A DNA stretch of 64,000 nucleotides from a bacterium (GCA_017482685.1 JAFUMP010000024.1:38946-102945), one strand, 5' to 3'; positions 52,064 through 61,592 are shown, counted from the first letter of the stretch. Translations and numbers: made by a program. Notes: generated from the sequence alone by a model not told the origin.

Positions 52064-52435
52064 CTAATCAAAATATTCTGTTTTTTTAATGACTTCATAA
52101 ATGTCATTTAATCTATCTTTGTCGTGCAAATACCAATACCCAATTAAAACCTCAAACGCAGTCGCTTGTCTATAATCAGCTTGTATTGACCTTCTCGCAA
52201 CAGGAATAGGAAGGTTTCTTGCTCTTCTTGCAAGCTCTTGTTCATCGTCAGTTAATTCTGACATCAAAAAATTAAGCATTTCTTTTTGAAAAACAGCATT
52301 AACTCTATCTGTCGTAATTTTATGTAATAATTTTGAATTAGAAGTTTTATATATTGTATAAGTTCTAACAAAAACTTCCCAAACAGAATCTCCAATATGA
52401 GCATAATTTCTTAAAACAAGTTCTTCTTTTATCAT
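52064..52435 (-). CDS. mrnC: Mini-ribonuclease III
   Basis: AHIGDSVWE, RARN and YRQATAFEVLIGY. Confidence 0.9.
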   Translation of the reverse strand: MIKEELVLRNYAHIGDSVWEVFVRTYTIYKTSNSKLLHKITTDRVNAVFQKEMLNFLMSELTDDEQELARRARNLPIPVARRSIQADYRQATAFEVLIGYWYLHDKDRLNDIYEVIKKTEYFD

Positions 52436-52475
52436 AAGTAAAGTATAGCATGGTTTTATTTTGCAATAAAACTAA

Positions 52476-52949
52476 CTAAAAAATTTCACGTGAAATTAAT
52501 CTATCTTGCATATCTAAAATTTCTAAATGATTTTCAAGCAAAGCTTGACCTAAACCACTATTTGCTTCGTCATAACTATCATTAATATCAATAGCTAAAT
52601 TATAGTATTTTATAGCTTCTTCAAACTTTTTTTCTTTATAATAAAGAGTTCCAATAAGTGTATATTCAATTTCTTTGTTTTGTGAATATTCAAGCGCTCG
52701 TGCAAAAAATTTCAAAGCTTGTTTATTATTTCCTGTAGCTTGCATAATACATCCAAGCCCCCTTAATGCAACACTATTTTGTGGATCTTGCTCTAAAGCT
52801 TTTTTGCAATTTGAAAGAGATTCTGCAAAATTATTCTTATCATACTCTTCTTTTGCTTTTTTTAATAAAGACACAAGCTTCATTTTTCCGTTCATTTTAC
52901 GAAAAAAACCACCTAATTCTTTTAATTTATCTATTTCATGATTTTCCAT
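52476..52949 (-). CDS. TPR-repeat protein
   Basis: Three TPR-like repeats. Confidence 0.85.
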   Translation of the reverse strand: MENHEIDKLKELGGFFRKMNGKMKLVSLLKKAKEEYDKNNFAESLSNCKKALEQDPQNSVALRGLGCIMQATGNNKQALKFFARALEYSQNKEIEYTLIGTLYYKEKKFEEAIKYYNLAIDINDSYDEANSGLGQALLENHLEILDMQDRLISREIF

Positions 52950-52961
52950 ATATAGCTAAAC

Positions 52962-53243
52962 CTATTCAATTGTATGCATTTTTTCAAAAATACCCTTTTT
53001 CTGAACCCAGATTTCAACTTCAAGCTTATTACCTTCTTCAATTAATGAGTTTTTTATTTCCTTAAAAGAATATTCTGATTCTGAAGTTTCGCATAACATA
53101 AACATCACAAAATGCCCTTGAATTAGGGTTTGCTTAATATCTTCAATATTCACTTTAAGCTTTGCTAATACCGCTGTAACACTAGCGACTATACCAACTT
53201 TATCTGCGCCTGAAACAGTTATAATAATTTTGTTATCGTCCAT
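52962..53243 (-). CDS. ACT-domain protein (UPF0237-like)
   Basis: IIITVSGADKVGIVA...NIEDIKQT...IFEKMHTI. Confidence 0.85.
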   Translation of the reverse strand: MDDNKIIITVSGADKVGIVASVTAVLAKLKVNIEDIKQTLIQGHFVMFMLCETSESEYSFKEIKNSLIEEGNKLEVEIWVQKKGIFEKMHTIE

Positions 53244-53244
53244 T

Positions 53245-53895
53245 TTATGCTCCTTGTTTTTCAAAATGTTTCTTTAAGAATGAAGGCCTATGATATTTAG
53301 TTATACCATATTTATCAATAGCTTTTAAGTGTTCAGCTGTCAAATATCCAGCGTTCTTTTTCCAATTGTACATTGGAAACTCATCATGCAACTCCTCCAT
53401 ATATCGGTCTCTTGAAACTTTCGCAAGAATACTCGCTCCAGCTATTGAAGCCGATTTAGAATCACCTTTTATAATAAATTCTTGAGGATATGAATAGTCT
53501 TTAATTAATTTATTACCGTCAACTAAGGTTAGTATATTGTCAGAGTTTAACTTTTCTAAAACGCTCACACAAGCTAATTTCATTGCTTTAAGAGATGCGT
53601 TAAGAATATTTATATTTTCGATTTCAGCAACTTCAACACATATAATTTCATTAATTGAATTATTTTTTATGATATCAAAAATAGAATCCCTTTTTTTAGG
53701 AGTCAATTTTTTTGAATCATTTAAGATTGCTAAGTCATTAATCAAACTTTGCGTAATTTCATTAAAATGAACAGCTGCCGCAAACACTCCACCAGCACCA
53801 GGCCCCCGCCCAGCTTCATCTGTGCCAACAATTATTTTATTATATTCAACATCAAAATCAAATAAAGATAACGAATTAGCGTGTTTAATTTCCAT
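53245..53895 (-). CDS. rnhB: Ribonuclease HII
   Basis: GTDEAGRG, LNDSKKL, VDGN and KGD...SIAGASILAKV. Confidence 0.95.
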   Translation of the reverse strand: MEIKHANSLSLFDFDVEYNKIIVGTDEAGRGPGAGGVFAAAVHFNEITQSLINDLAILNDSKKLTPKKRDSIFDIIKNNSINEIICVEVAEIENINILNASLKAMKLACVSVLEKLNSDNILTLVDGNKLIKDYSYPQEFIIKGDSKSASIAGASILAKVSRDRYMEELHDEFPMYNWKKNAGYLTAEHLKAIDKYGITKYHRPSFLKKHFEKQGA

Positions 53896-54092
53896 GCTTT
53901 TTATTTTAGCTTACAATATAGAATTTATCAAATAATATGTGCATAATGCAGAATCCTATGTATAATAAGGGTTTATAAAAAGCTTTAAAAAATTATAGCT
54001 TGACTTCAAATTATGAGCATGTATTATAGTAATGTACCCACGGGTGTAAATGAAGTTTTTAGTCGAAATTTTATTTGCAAACGTGAAGATAT

Positions 54093-54167
54093 GCGGGGGT
54101 AATTCAGTGGTAGAATGCCTCCTTGCCAAGGAGGATGTCGCGAGTTCGAGCCTCGTCTCCCGCTCCA
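54093..54167 (+). tRNA. tRNA-Gly(GCC)
   Basis: GCGGGGG...CCTCC-TTGCCAA-GGAGG...GTTCGAG...CTCCCGC-T-CCA. Confidence 0.97.
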
Positions 54168-54183
54168 TTTAAAAGACAATAAT

Positions 54184-54210
54184 AGCAAGGTTTTTACACC
54201 TTGCTTTTTT
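54184..54210 (+). terminator. Intrinsic terminator after the tRNA
   Basis: AGCAAGG-TTTTTACA-CCTTGCT-TTTTT. Confidence 0.75.
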
Positions 54211-54312
54211 AATGCAAAAAATTAATTTTAAATGTTTTATGTAATTTTTATGGACTTGCTTGTTTAGTATAAATAGTAAAACCTTGTAAAACTATGCAAG
54301 GTTGAAAAAATA

Positions 54313-55431
54313 TTAATAATTATCCAAACTGTTTACAGCACTTAATTTTTGCTCAAACGAGTTGTGAACATATCTCATGGTAGTTTTGATATTTCTATGA
54401 TTTAAAATTTCTTGCAAAACAGGGACTGGTGTATTTTTTTCAATAGCTCTACTTGCAAAAGTATGTCTTGTATCATGGAATCTAAAATTAGGTACATTTG
54501 CCATTTTACATGCTGTTGTAAATGCTTTATGAATACTTCCATAGCGTGTGCCTGTATCTGGGTTAGTAAAAACGTAATAATTGTTTTCTTTAACCAAGTG
54601 GCGATTATATAGAATATTTCTAACTGTTTGATTAATTGGTACATCATTTTTTAAACCATTTTTTGTATTTAAAGCACATAAAAGGTTTTTAGTTAAATCA
54701 ACACAATCCCAAGTGAGATTTAAAACTTCATTTAAACGCATACCTGTATTTAAAGAAATTAAAGCAATATCTCTAACATGATCGTAAGAATAATTGCGAT
54801 ATCTTTTGATAATTTTTTCTAATTCATTTGCTGATACGTTTAAGTAAGAATAATCATGGTTGCAAAATTTAATAAATCTTTCTTGTTCTTCTGCTGTCAT
54901 ATGTCGTTCAAGTTTATTTACGACTTTTAATTTCTCAACTTTAGCAACAGGATTTTCCTTTGCTTTTTTATTATCAATTGCAATACTAAAAATTTTTGAA
55001 AGTACACCTAGTTCACGATTAACAGTAGCTGGAGAAATTCTTTTTATAACAGTTTTGTTTTTAATTTGTTTTTGATAATAAATTTTGCCATTGCGTTCTG
55101 ATTTATAATTTTCAATTAGTTTTGGCGTGATGTCTTTTATTTGTTTCTTACCCCAAAGTGAGTTAAAAGATTTTGCAATTGGAATAACTGTATCCGTTGA
55201 TTTTAGGTTAGTTTTTGCATATTTTATGTAATCGTCAATAATCACACTAAAACGTTCTTTGCCGTAATCTTCAATTAAATCAAGACGACCACGTAATAAA
55301 TCTGTTCTAAATGCTTGCATGTAAGTAATTGCGTCTTTTTCACTGGTTGCTTCTGGTATAGCACGACAGTAACGCTTGCCACGTACCATCATTTCAAAAT
55401 ACCAATGTTTGTTTATTTCATATACACGCAT
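54313..55431 (-). CDS. int: Tyrosine integrase
   Basis: TGMRLNE, TKNG, FRFHDTRHTFAS and LNH...TTMRYVH. Confidence 0.95.
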   Translation of the reverse strand: MRVYEINKHWYFEMMVRGKRYCRAIPEATSEKDAITYMQAFRTDLLRGRLDLIEDYGKERFSVIIDDYIKYAKTNLKSTDTVIPIAKSFNSLWGKKQIKDITPKLIENYKSERNGKIYYQKQIKNKTVIKRISPATVNRELGVLSKIFSIAIDNKKAKENPVAKVEKLKVVNKLERHMTAEEQERFIKFCNHDYSYLNVSANELEKIIKRYRNYSYDHVRDIALISLNTGMRLNEVLNLTWDCVDLTKNLLCALNTKNGLKNDVPINQTVRNILYNRHLVKENNYYVFTNPDTGTRYGSIHKAFTTACKMANVPNFRFHDTRHTFASRAIEKNTPVPVLQEILNHRNIKTTMRYVHNSFEQKLSAVNSLDNY

Positions 55432-55631
55432 TTATTTTACGCCTTTCTTAATTATATTTTTATTATCACTTCAAACAGAGTAAAAGGCAACGGGGATAAA
55501 GGTTTTAGCGTGCAAGATTGGTACAATTTGTACTAAATGACTATGAATAAATTTTAAGAAGTAAAATATAGTAAAAATATTGTAATTGTTACATTCTGAA
55601 ATAATTAGAAGTGTTATGATATATTATACTT

Positions 55632-56660
55632 ATGAAAAGAGATGGCAGACTATTTAAATTTTTAGTTTTATTAATACAATATGCTGATGATAGAGATGTT
55701 GGAAAATTCTTGGCAAATTTTATTCCTGAAATTATTAATGATAGTAGAAAAACATTTGGAATGAGTTATAAAGAAATTTTATTAGATTCATTTTATTATC
55801 CAACATTAAAACAAGACAAAAAGATTATTTTGCATTTAAGAGCATTAACATGCAATTTTTATAGTTATTATTTTCACTCTGAATATAATAAAAAGAAAAA
55901 TCTTGCTAAAATCGAAGTTTTTGCTGATGATTTTATAGCTGTTGATACATCTGATAAACTTGGCAAAATAATAAATGGTTATCAAGGTAGTATTGAAGAT
56001 GTTAATAAAATTAGTCAAATTGATAAAACATCATTAGAAAAATGTTTAAAAATTCTGATAAATAATTATACTAAAAATCATTTTTATTATGAAATCTATG
56101 GCGATACAATAACTAAGATAACAATTGCAGATAAAATTGAGGAAGAAAGCTATAAACTATTAGATACAGAAACTGCAACATGTATTGTAAATGAAGAGAA
56201 AAATTTAAAAATTAATTTGCATCAACACATAAAAAATACTTCTTGCGTAGAACTAGACATTGATAGTGAACCACAAAATATAAAGTATTTTATCTCAATC
56301 AATGAAAAGATTGTTAATGCACTTAGTAAAATAAATAGACCATGTAAACTGTGTTTACCAATAGAAAATAAAATTAAAATGCGTTCATTATGTAATGATT
56401 GCAAGTTGTTATTACGAAATTTAAAAGATTTAAAACAGTTGACTGACAGCAGCATTTATAAAAACTATAATTTTGAAAAAGAAATTTCTGAAATAAAGTT
56501 AGAAAATAATGATTATATAAAACTAAGGCAAGATAGAAAAAAACTTATTAATAAAATACTAAAAATTGCAAGTTCAGAAATCTTAGAAGAAACAACAACT
56601 CAATTTTATGAATTAGTTAAAGAGATTAAAAACCAAATAGATTCTATATTTCAGACTTAA
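55632..56660 (+). CDS. Hypothetical protein with a C-terminal CxxC...CxxC motif
   Basis: 342 aa containing CKLC...LCNDC. Confidence 0.7.
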   Translation: MKRDGRLFKFLVLLIQYADDRDVGKFLANFIPEIINDSRKTFGMSYKEILLDSFYYPTLKQDKKIILHLRALTCNFYSYYFHSEYNKKKNLAKIEVFADDFIAVDTSDKLGKIINGYQGSIEDVNKISQIDKTSLEKCLKILINNYTKNHFYYEIYGDTITKITIADKIEEESYKLLDTETATCIVNEEKNLKINLHQHIKNTSCVELDIDSEPQNIKYFISINEKIVNALSKINRPCKLCLPIENKIKMRSLCNDCKLLLRNLKDLKQLTDSSIYKNYNFEKEISEIKLENNDYIKLRQDRKKLINKILKIASSEILEETTTQFYELVKEIKNQIDSIFQT

Positions 56661-56902
56661 CACACCAAAACTTTTTTGTATCATTTGTAAATGTTTTCTT
56701 ATTATTTGTAATTATATGGAATATAGCATGTAAACTACAATATAACAAACTAAAAATCTTTTTAGTTGAGTTTTTATAAATACTATTGATACTAAAGAGT
56801 AACAATAAAATTATTAAAAATAGATTAAAAAATTAATCTATTTTTTAATGATAATTACTTGTAAAAAGTGAATTTTATTTATGTACGTGTTTTTATATAA
56901 GT

Positions 56903-57136
56903 ATGATAAACGCAGAAAACAAAAACACAAAAACAGAAGATTTATTTTTAACATGTTATGAAATGGCAGACATGTTTAAGATAAAAGTTGGTACAATATA
57001 TTCTTGGATTTCTTATAATCAATTGCCTAAGAATATTTATCGCAAACTAGGTAAGAAACCATTATTTATAAAAGATGAAGTTCTCAAATGGTTTCTTGCA
57101 GGAGCAGAATTAAAAAAACGAAATTGTAAAACTTAA
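56903..57136 (+). CDS. Excisionase/AlpA-like HTH protein
   Basis: FLTCYEMADMFKIKVGTIYSWISYNQLP...KLGKKPLFIKDEVLKW. Confidence 0.8.
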   Translation: MINAENKNTKTEDLFLTCYEMADMFKIKVGTIYSWISYNQLPKNIYRKLGKKPLFIKDEVLKWFLAGAELKKRNCKT

Positions 57137-57285
57137 AAAAATAACTTTGTTGCAACAAATTATTAATTAACAAATTTTTTAAAACTAAAAAATTAGCAGA
57201 TATCAAATTATGAATTTAGTTTGATGCACTAATTCTATTGCAAAATTTTATAAAATAATTACTTAACAAAAAAGGAAACAAGAAA

Positions 57286-57849
57286 ATGGAAAATGTAAAA
57301 ATACAAAAAATTGAAGAAACAGAAAATCAAACTATCAGTACTAATGAAATTGCATTTAGTTATATTTTTAACGAATATTTAAAAAACAACGATTTTATTG
57401 AAGAAAAAGATTTCGCTAAAGAAATTCAAAATTTATCATTAGGCAATAATAAAAATATTCTAAAAATAGCTAAAGTTTTGATAACTTATACTGAAAAAAA
57501 TTATAAGATAGAACCTGATAGCCCGTTAATTGGTAATATACTAGCACGTGAAGATGTAAATATTAAAAAGACACAAGCTAATAAATATATTGCAGTTTAC
57601 AAATATTGTAGCAGTAAACATATAGATGAAAAGTCAACTGAAAAAAGATTAAAATTAGGTATTGAAAAACTGTATTTAATTACAAAACTTGAAGATAAAG
57701 ACTTTCAAGAAAAACTGGAAGAATTTGTTTCAGTCGAAAAATTAAATGTTAATGAATTGGATAAACTAATAAAAATACAAAACAAAACATCAAAAATTTT
57801 AGATTTATCTGATAAATTTAACAAGTTTAAAATGCAAAACGATAGTTAA
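57286..57849 (+). CDS. Hypothetical protein, weak DUF3102-like resemblance
   Basis: TQANKYIAVY...LGIEKLYLITKL...LNVNELDKLIK. RBS AAGGA. Confidence 0.55.
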   Translation: MENVKIQKIEETENQTISTNEIAFSYIFNEYLKNNDFIEEKDFAKEIQNLSLGNNKNILKIAKVLITYTEKNYKIEPDSPLIGNILAREDVNIKKTQANKYIAVYKYCSSKHIDEKSTEKRLKLGIEKLYLITKLEDKDFQEKLEEFVSVEKLNVNELDKLIKIQNKTSKILDLSDKFNKFKMQNDS

Positions 57850-57994
57850 ACTCTTTATAAAACAATTAGCTATAAAAGTGGTAAAAATTAATCGGACAAT
57901 AAAATTGATTAAGAAGTTTATTTAGATAAACATAAAGTATTTAATTGTATATAAGTATTAATAATATTTAAAAAACAATTTTTTATTTTTTTTA

Positions 57995-58089
57995 AGCACC
58001 GCCCCCTAAAGGTGCGGCGCCCAATTTGAGAGTTAGGCTAATTGTTATTACTGAACCACCAAACAAAGTTTGCAGTAAAAATGCTCTCA
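57995..58089 (+). ncRNA. Candidate retron msr-msd non-coding RNA
   Basis: GC-rich patch in AT-rich DNA directly upstream of the RT. Hairpins at 57999-58017, 58019-58038 and 58048-58078. Confidence 0.6.
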
Positions 58090-58122
58090 CATAATTATAT
58101 TAATCAACAGAAAGGAAAAGCT

Positions 58123-59046
58123 ATGACTATTAAAGATAATTTTAAAAGTTTTGAATCATTAGATAAAACACTCAAATTATTAGACGTATCATTAGAAGAA
58201 ATGCAACAAGCAATTAATAAAGGATATAGAAGATATAAAACTTTCAAAAATGGTAAATTCCGTTGGATTGAAGAACCTAATGATGAATTAAAAATAATAC
58301 AGCAAAAAATATTATTATACTTACAAAACAATTTAGAATGTCCAACTTATTGCACAGCAGGTTTTAAAGGACAAAACAATATTAAAAATGCTGAAAAGCA
58401 TAGAAACAAACGCGAAGTATTAACCATGGACATATCACATTATTTTCCTAATACACAAGAAAAGTATGTGCGTAAAATTTTTAGTGAATTTATTGGAGTA
58501 GATGATAATGTTTTAAATTTATTAGTTAAAATAACAACTTTTAATGGATATCTGCCAACAGGAGCAGCAACAAGCACAATTTTGTCTTGTTTTGTTCATA
58601 AAGAGATTTTTGATAATATCTTTAAAAAAATGAAAAGTTTAGATATTGATATGACTGTTTATGTAGATGACATTACTCTTTCTACTCATAAACATATTAG
58701 TAATTGGGTTATATCGCATATAAATAATTCATTACAAAGCCATGGCTTATTTCTGAAAAAGTCAAAAATTAAAAGATACGGATATAAACATGCCGTTGTA
58801 ACTGGAGTTCATATTGCACAAAGCGGTAAAATGTCTGCTCCGTTCAAGATTGGACATTCTGCTATATGTGCTTTATGTGATAAAGATTTAAAACAAATGT
58901 CTTTAACAGAATTAAGAAAAATTATAGTTAAAATTAGTTATATTCAACAATTTAATCCTTTAAAAATGATTAAAGTAAAAAAACAAGCAATAAAGCAATT
59001 AAAAAAGCTTCAAAAAATATCTGCTAACAAAAACGAAAGAATTTAA
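58123..59046 (+). CDS. Retron-type reverse transcriptase (307 aa)
   Basis: NAEKH (NAxxH), DISHYFP, LPTGAATS, YVDD and VTG. Start placed at the ATG after RBS GAAAGGA. Confidence 0.9.
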   Translation: MTIKDNFKSFESLDKTLKLLDVSLEEMQQAINKGYRRYKTFKNGKFRWIEEPNDELKIIQQKILLYLQNNLECPTYCTAGFKGQNNIKNAEKHRNKREVLTMDISHYFPNTQEKYVRKIFSEFIGVDDNVLNLLVKITTFNGYLPTGAATSTILSCFVHKEIFDNIFKKMKSLDIDMTVYVDDITLSTHKHISNWVISHINNSLQSHGLFLKKSKIKRYGYKHAVVTGVHIAQSGKMSAPFKIGHSAICALCDKDLKQMSLTELRKIIVKISYIQQFNPLKMIKVKKQAIKQLKKLQKISANKNERI

Positions 59047-59048
59047 AT

Positions 59049-59354
59049 ATGGCACATTATGTAAGAGTAAAAATCGGAAGAAGAACTATTATACTTTGGA
59101 ATGGACTTGTTCCATTATTTGAAATGCGTGATACTGGGGAAAAAGCTCTAGACTCATTATTTTTGCCAAGATTAAGAAAAGCTTTATCTGCAAAAAAGAA
59201 AGAAATAACTCGTGCTGAAAAAAGTAATTTAGATTATTTAGGAAATTATACACCTAAATTATTGAGGCAAATGGTAAGATATAAGTTTAATAAATTTCTT
59301 GATAGTATTGACAGAACTGAAGTTGCAAAAAAATCAAATAAAAAAATATATTAA
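59049..59354 (+). CDS. Small basic hypothetical protein, putative retron partner/effector
   Basis: 101 aa, separated from the RT stop by 2 nt. Confidence 0.7.
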   Translation: MAHYVRVKIGRRTIILWNGLVPLFEMRDTGEKALDSLFLPRLRKALSAKKKEITRAEKSNLDYLGNYTPKLLRQMVRYKFNKFLDSIDRTEVAKKSNKKIY

Positions 59355-59378
59355 AAACTACCTACGGAGAGGGGTAGG

Positions 59379-59427
59379 GAAAAGATGCCAATGTTTTCAG
59401 CCCACTATTTTGGCATCTTTTCTTTTT
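59379..59427 (+). terminator. Long-stem terminator of the RT operon
   Basis: GAAAAGATGCCAA-N18-TTGGCATCTTTTC-TTTTT. Confidence 0.65.
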
Positions 59428-59544
59428 ATAAAATTCTCTCGTATTGACAGTTATAAGCGAGTTTATCAAGCGTAATTGTTAATTGATAAACAAGTCGTTA
59501 ATTTAATCAAAAACGCTTTATTATACTATGTTTATGTCTTGCAT

Positions 59545-59751
59545 TTAATTAGTTAACAGACAAACTAAAATGCTCATATAAATCAAAACAAAAATTACAC
59601 AATTTTTTGTATTATTTAAAAAATTATTTATTATCTTAACAACTTTCCAATATCTCAAATCTACAATATTTTTACTATTTCTAAATGTCTTTACAAATAC
59701 TTTTAATGCTTGTTGTCGCTTGTATGCATTTATCCTAATAACATTACTCAT
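59545..59751 (-). CDS. Small hypothetical protein with a C-terminal hydrophobic segment
   Basis: 68-aa ORF with no strong RBS. Confidence 0.35.
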   Translation of the reverse strand: MSNVIRINAYKRQQALKVFVKTFRNSKNIVDLRYWKVVKIINNFLNNTKNCVIFVLIYMSILVCLLTN

Positions 59752-60007
59752 GAATAAATTATAAATTCAGGTAAATCAATTGTAACGGCATTTAAAAATA
59801 GGAATCATAAAATATAGTTTTTGAAAAGAAACAAAAAACTAAACAACCGGCATGGAAGTATTTTTAAAAAGTGAATTTTAAAATTGTACATAACAGTTAT
59901 AAAAATTTAATAAGTATTGGTCTTAAAAGCTTAACATTGTAAAGCTAGTAAGCAATTTTTTAAAAGAAAAATACTTTATATAAATATAAGGGGAATTAAG
60001 TACATTT

Positions 60008-61318
60008 ATGGGAATACAAAAATTAGGAATAGAAATAGCTGAAAATATTGTTAAATCATCTAGAAAAGCAATTTCACAAGGTGAAAGTATTGGCTTTGCT
60101 AGATTAAAAGGTTTATTTACTTCTGGCCAAAATTATAGGTGTTATGATGAATTATTGTTGAATGCAAAAAATAAAATTATGGGTAATATCCCAAAAGAAA
60201 TTATTGATATAATAACAAAATTAAATCCAACAACAAAGAGTGAAGCTATTAAATCAGCCCAAAATGCTTTTGGAAATATTGCAAAAACATTAAAAGAAGT
60301 TGAACTTGTAGAAATTAACGCTTTAAAAAACATGGCAACTAAAGAAGATGAAATTCATTTTTTATTGAAAGAATTATTTTCAGGATTAAAATTAAATGGA
60401 ATATCTGATGGTAGTGTTAAAGTTATACAAAAAGCAAATGAGAATTTTTCAAAAACAATTAGTGCTATTTTGCAAACAAATTGTAAAACAAGTTTAGAAT
60501 TTATTGGAAATGGTCAATTTGGTAATGCTTATAAATTAAGTCTATTAGATGAAGCTGGAAATAGTATTATTCATAGCAGAGTTATTAAAGTATTTAAAGA
60601 TGATTTGTTAAACGCTGAATTAGCAGCGTTGAAACATCAAAAAGTTAAAGAATTACTTTTAAAGTATACAGATGATGAACTTTTTGAAATTTATAAAACG
60701 ATACCAACTAAACAAACTTCGAAAATAAAATTTGCTTTTAAAGTTTCTGATGAACAAAAAAAACGAACTTTTTTAAGTCAAATGTTAAACCAACGTGGTA
60801 TTTATGGAGAAATGAATGTCGATAATCTACAAAAAGATTTTTTAAAACAGTTAAAAGAAATGAAAGATACGCATGGCTTATATGCAGAAGCTAATAGCAC
60901 TTTTAGACTGAAAAATATTTTGGGACATAATATTTCAAAAACAAATGCTGTGAATACAGATATGTACGATTTAGACATTGGATATTCTATTTCGCAATTT
61001 TCAGACGATTTGCTACCCAAAACAACAAGTAAAATAAGTTTTGAACGTCTAGGTCTAGATTATGGAGATGAAAAAACTGCAAATTATGTAGCTAATAGAT
61101 TAATAGATTTTGGTGGAATAACTAAAACTACAGAAGATTTAGTTGATAAAATCACTTTAAGATATTATAAAAAAATAATGAATAGAAACAATAAAAATGA
61201 GCAATTAGAGTTGATAAGAAGATTAAAACAATTAATTCAAAATCCAAAAACTCCACATAGAGAAAAAATAAAAAAAGCTGTTGATTTAGCAGAATACAGT
61301 ATTGTGCGTGGTAAATAA
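60008..61318 (+). CDS. Protein-kinase-like fold protein
   Basis: IGNGQFGNAY, VIKVF, YGDEKTAN and LIDFGG. Confidence 0.65.
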   Translation: MGIQKLGIEIAENIVKSSRKAISQGESIGFARLKGLFTSGQNYRCYDELLLNAKNKIMGNIPKEIIDIITKLNPTTKSEAIKSAQNAFGNIAKTLKEVELVEINALKNMATKEDEIHFLLKELFSGLKLNGISDGSVKVIQKANENFSKTISAILQTNCKTSLEFIGNGQFGNAYKLSLLDEAGNSIIHSRVIKVFKDDLLNAELAALKHQKVKELLLKYTDDELFEIYKTIPTKQTSKIKFAFKVSDEQKKRTFLSQMLNQRGIYGEMNVDNLQKDFLKQLKEMKDTHGLYAEANSTFRLKNILGHNISKTNAVNTDMYDLDIGYSISQFSDDLLPKTTSKISFERLGLDYGDEKTANYVANRLIDFGGITKTTEDLVDKITLRYYKKIMNRNNKNEQLELIRRLKQLIQNPKTPHREKIKKAVDLAEYSIVRGK

Positions 61319-61439
61319 ATGCACATTAAAAAAATATTTAAATATATAATAGCTTTAAATTAATTTTTTAAAACTTCTTTGATTAAAATTAAACGATTTG
61401 TTAGAGAATCCGATTTATAAAAAATTTTTCATTAGTTTT

Positions 61440-61592
61440 TTAAGTTAATTGTCTTTTTTTATTTTGCCAATATTCTTTATTGCGTTGATATCTCTCATTT
61501 TCTTTGCACTTATCTTTTGTAATTCTATTTATTTCATTTGCATGTCTATCTTTTTCTTGTTCTAATTTTTTATCAATTTCTGCTTTATCCAT
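61440..61592 (-). CDS. Small charged helical protein (50 aa), absent from the ORF track
   Basis: MDKAEIDKKLEQEKDRHANEINRITKDKCKENERYQRNKEYWQNKKRQLT. RBS GAGGT. Confidence 0.55.
   Translation of the reverse strand: MDKAEIDKKLEQEKDRHANEINRITKDKCKENERYQRNKEYWQNKKRQLT

Noticed and set aside
53956-54168. 70-aa minus-strand ORF
   Set aside because: It is the antisense shadow of tRNA-Gly(GCC).
58042-59046. RT as a group II intron or DGR enzyme, and the 58042 TTG start
   Set aside because: It has retron NAxxH and VTG motifs, no maturase/endonuclease region and no visible TR/VR repeat pair. The 58042 start would run through the ncRNA, whereas ATG 58123 has an RBS.
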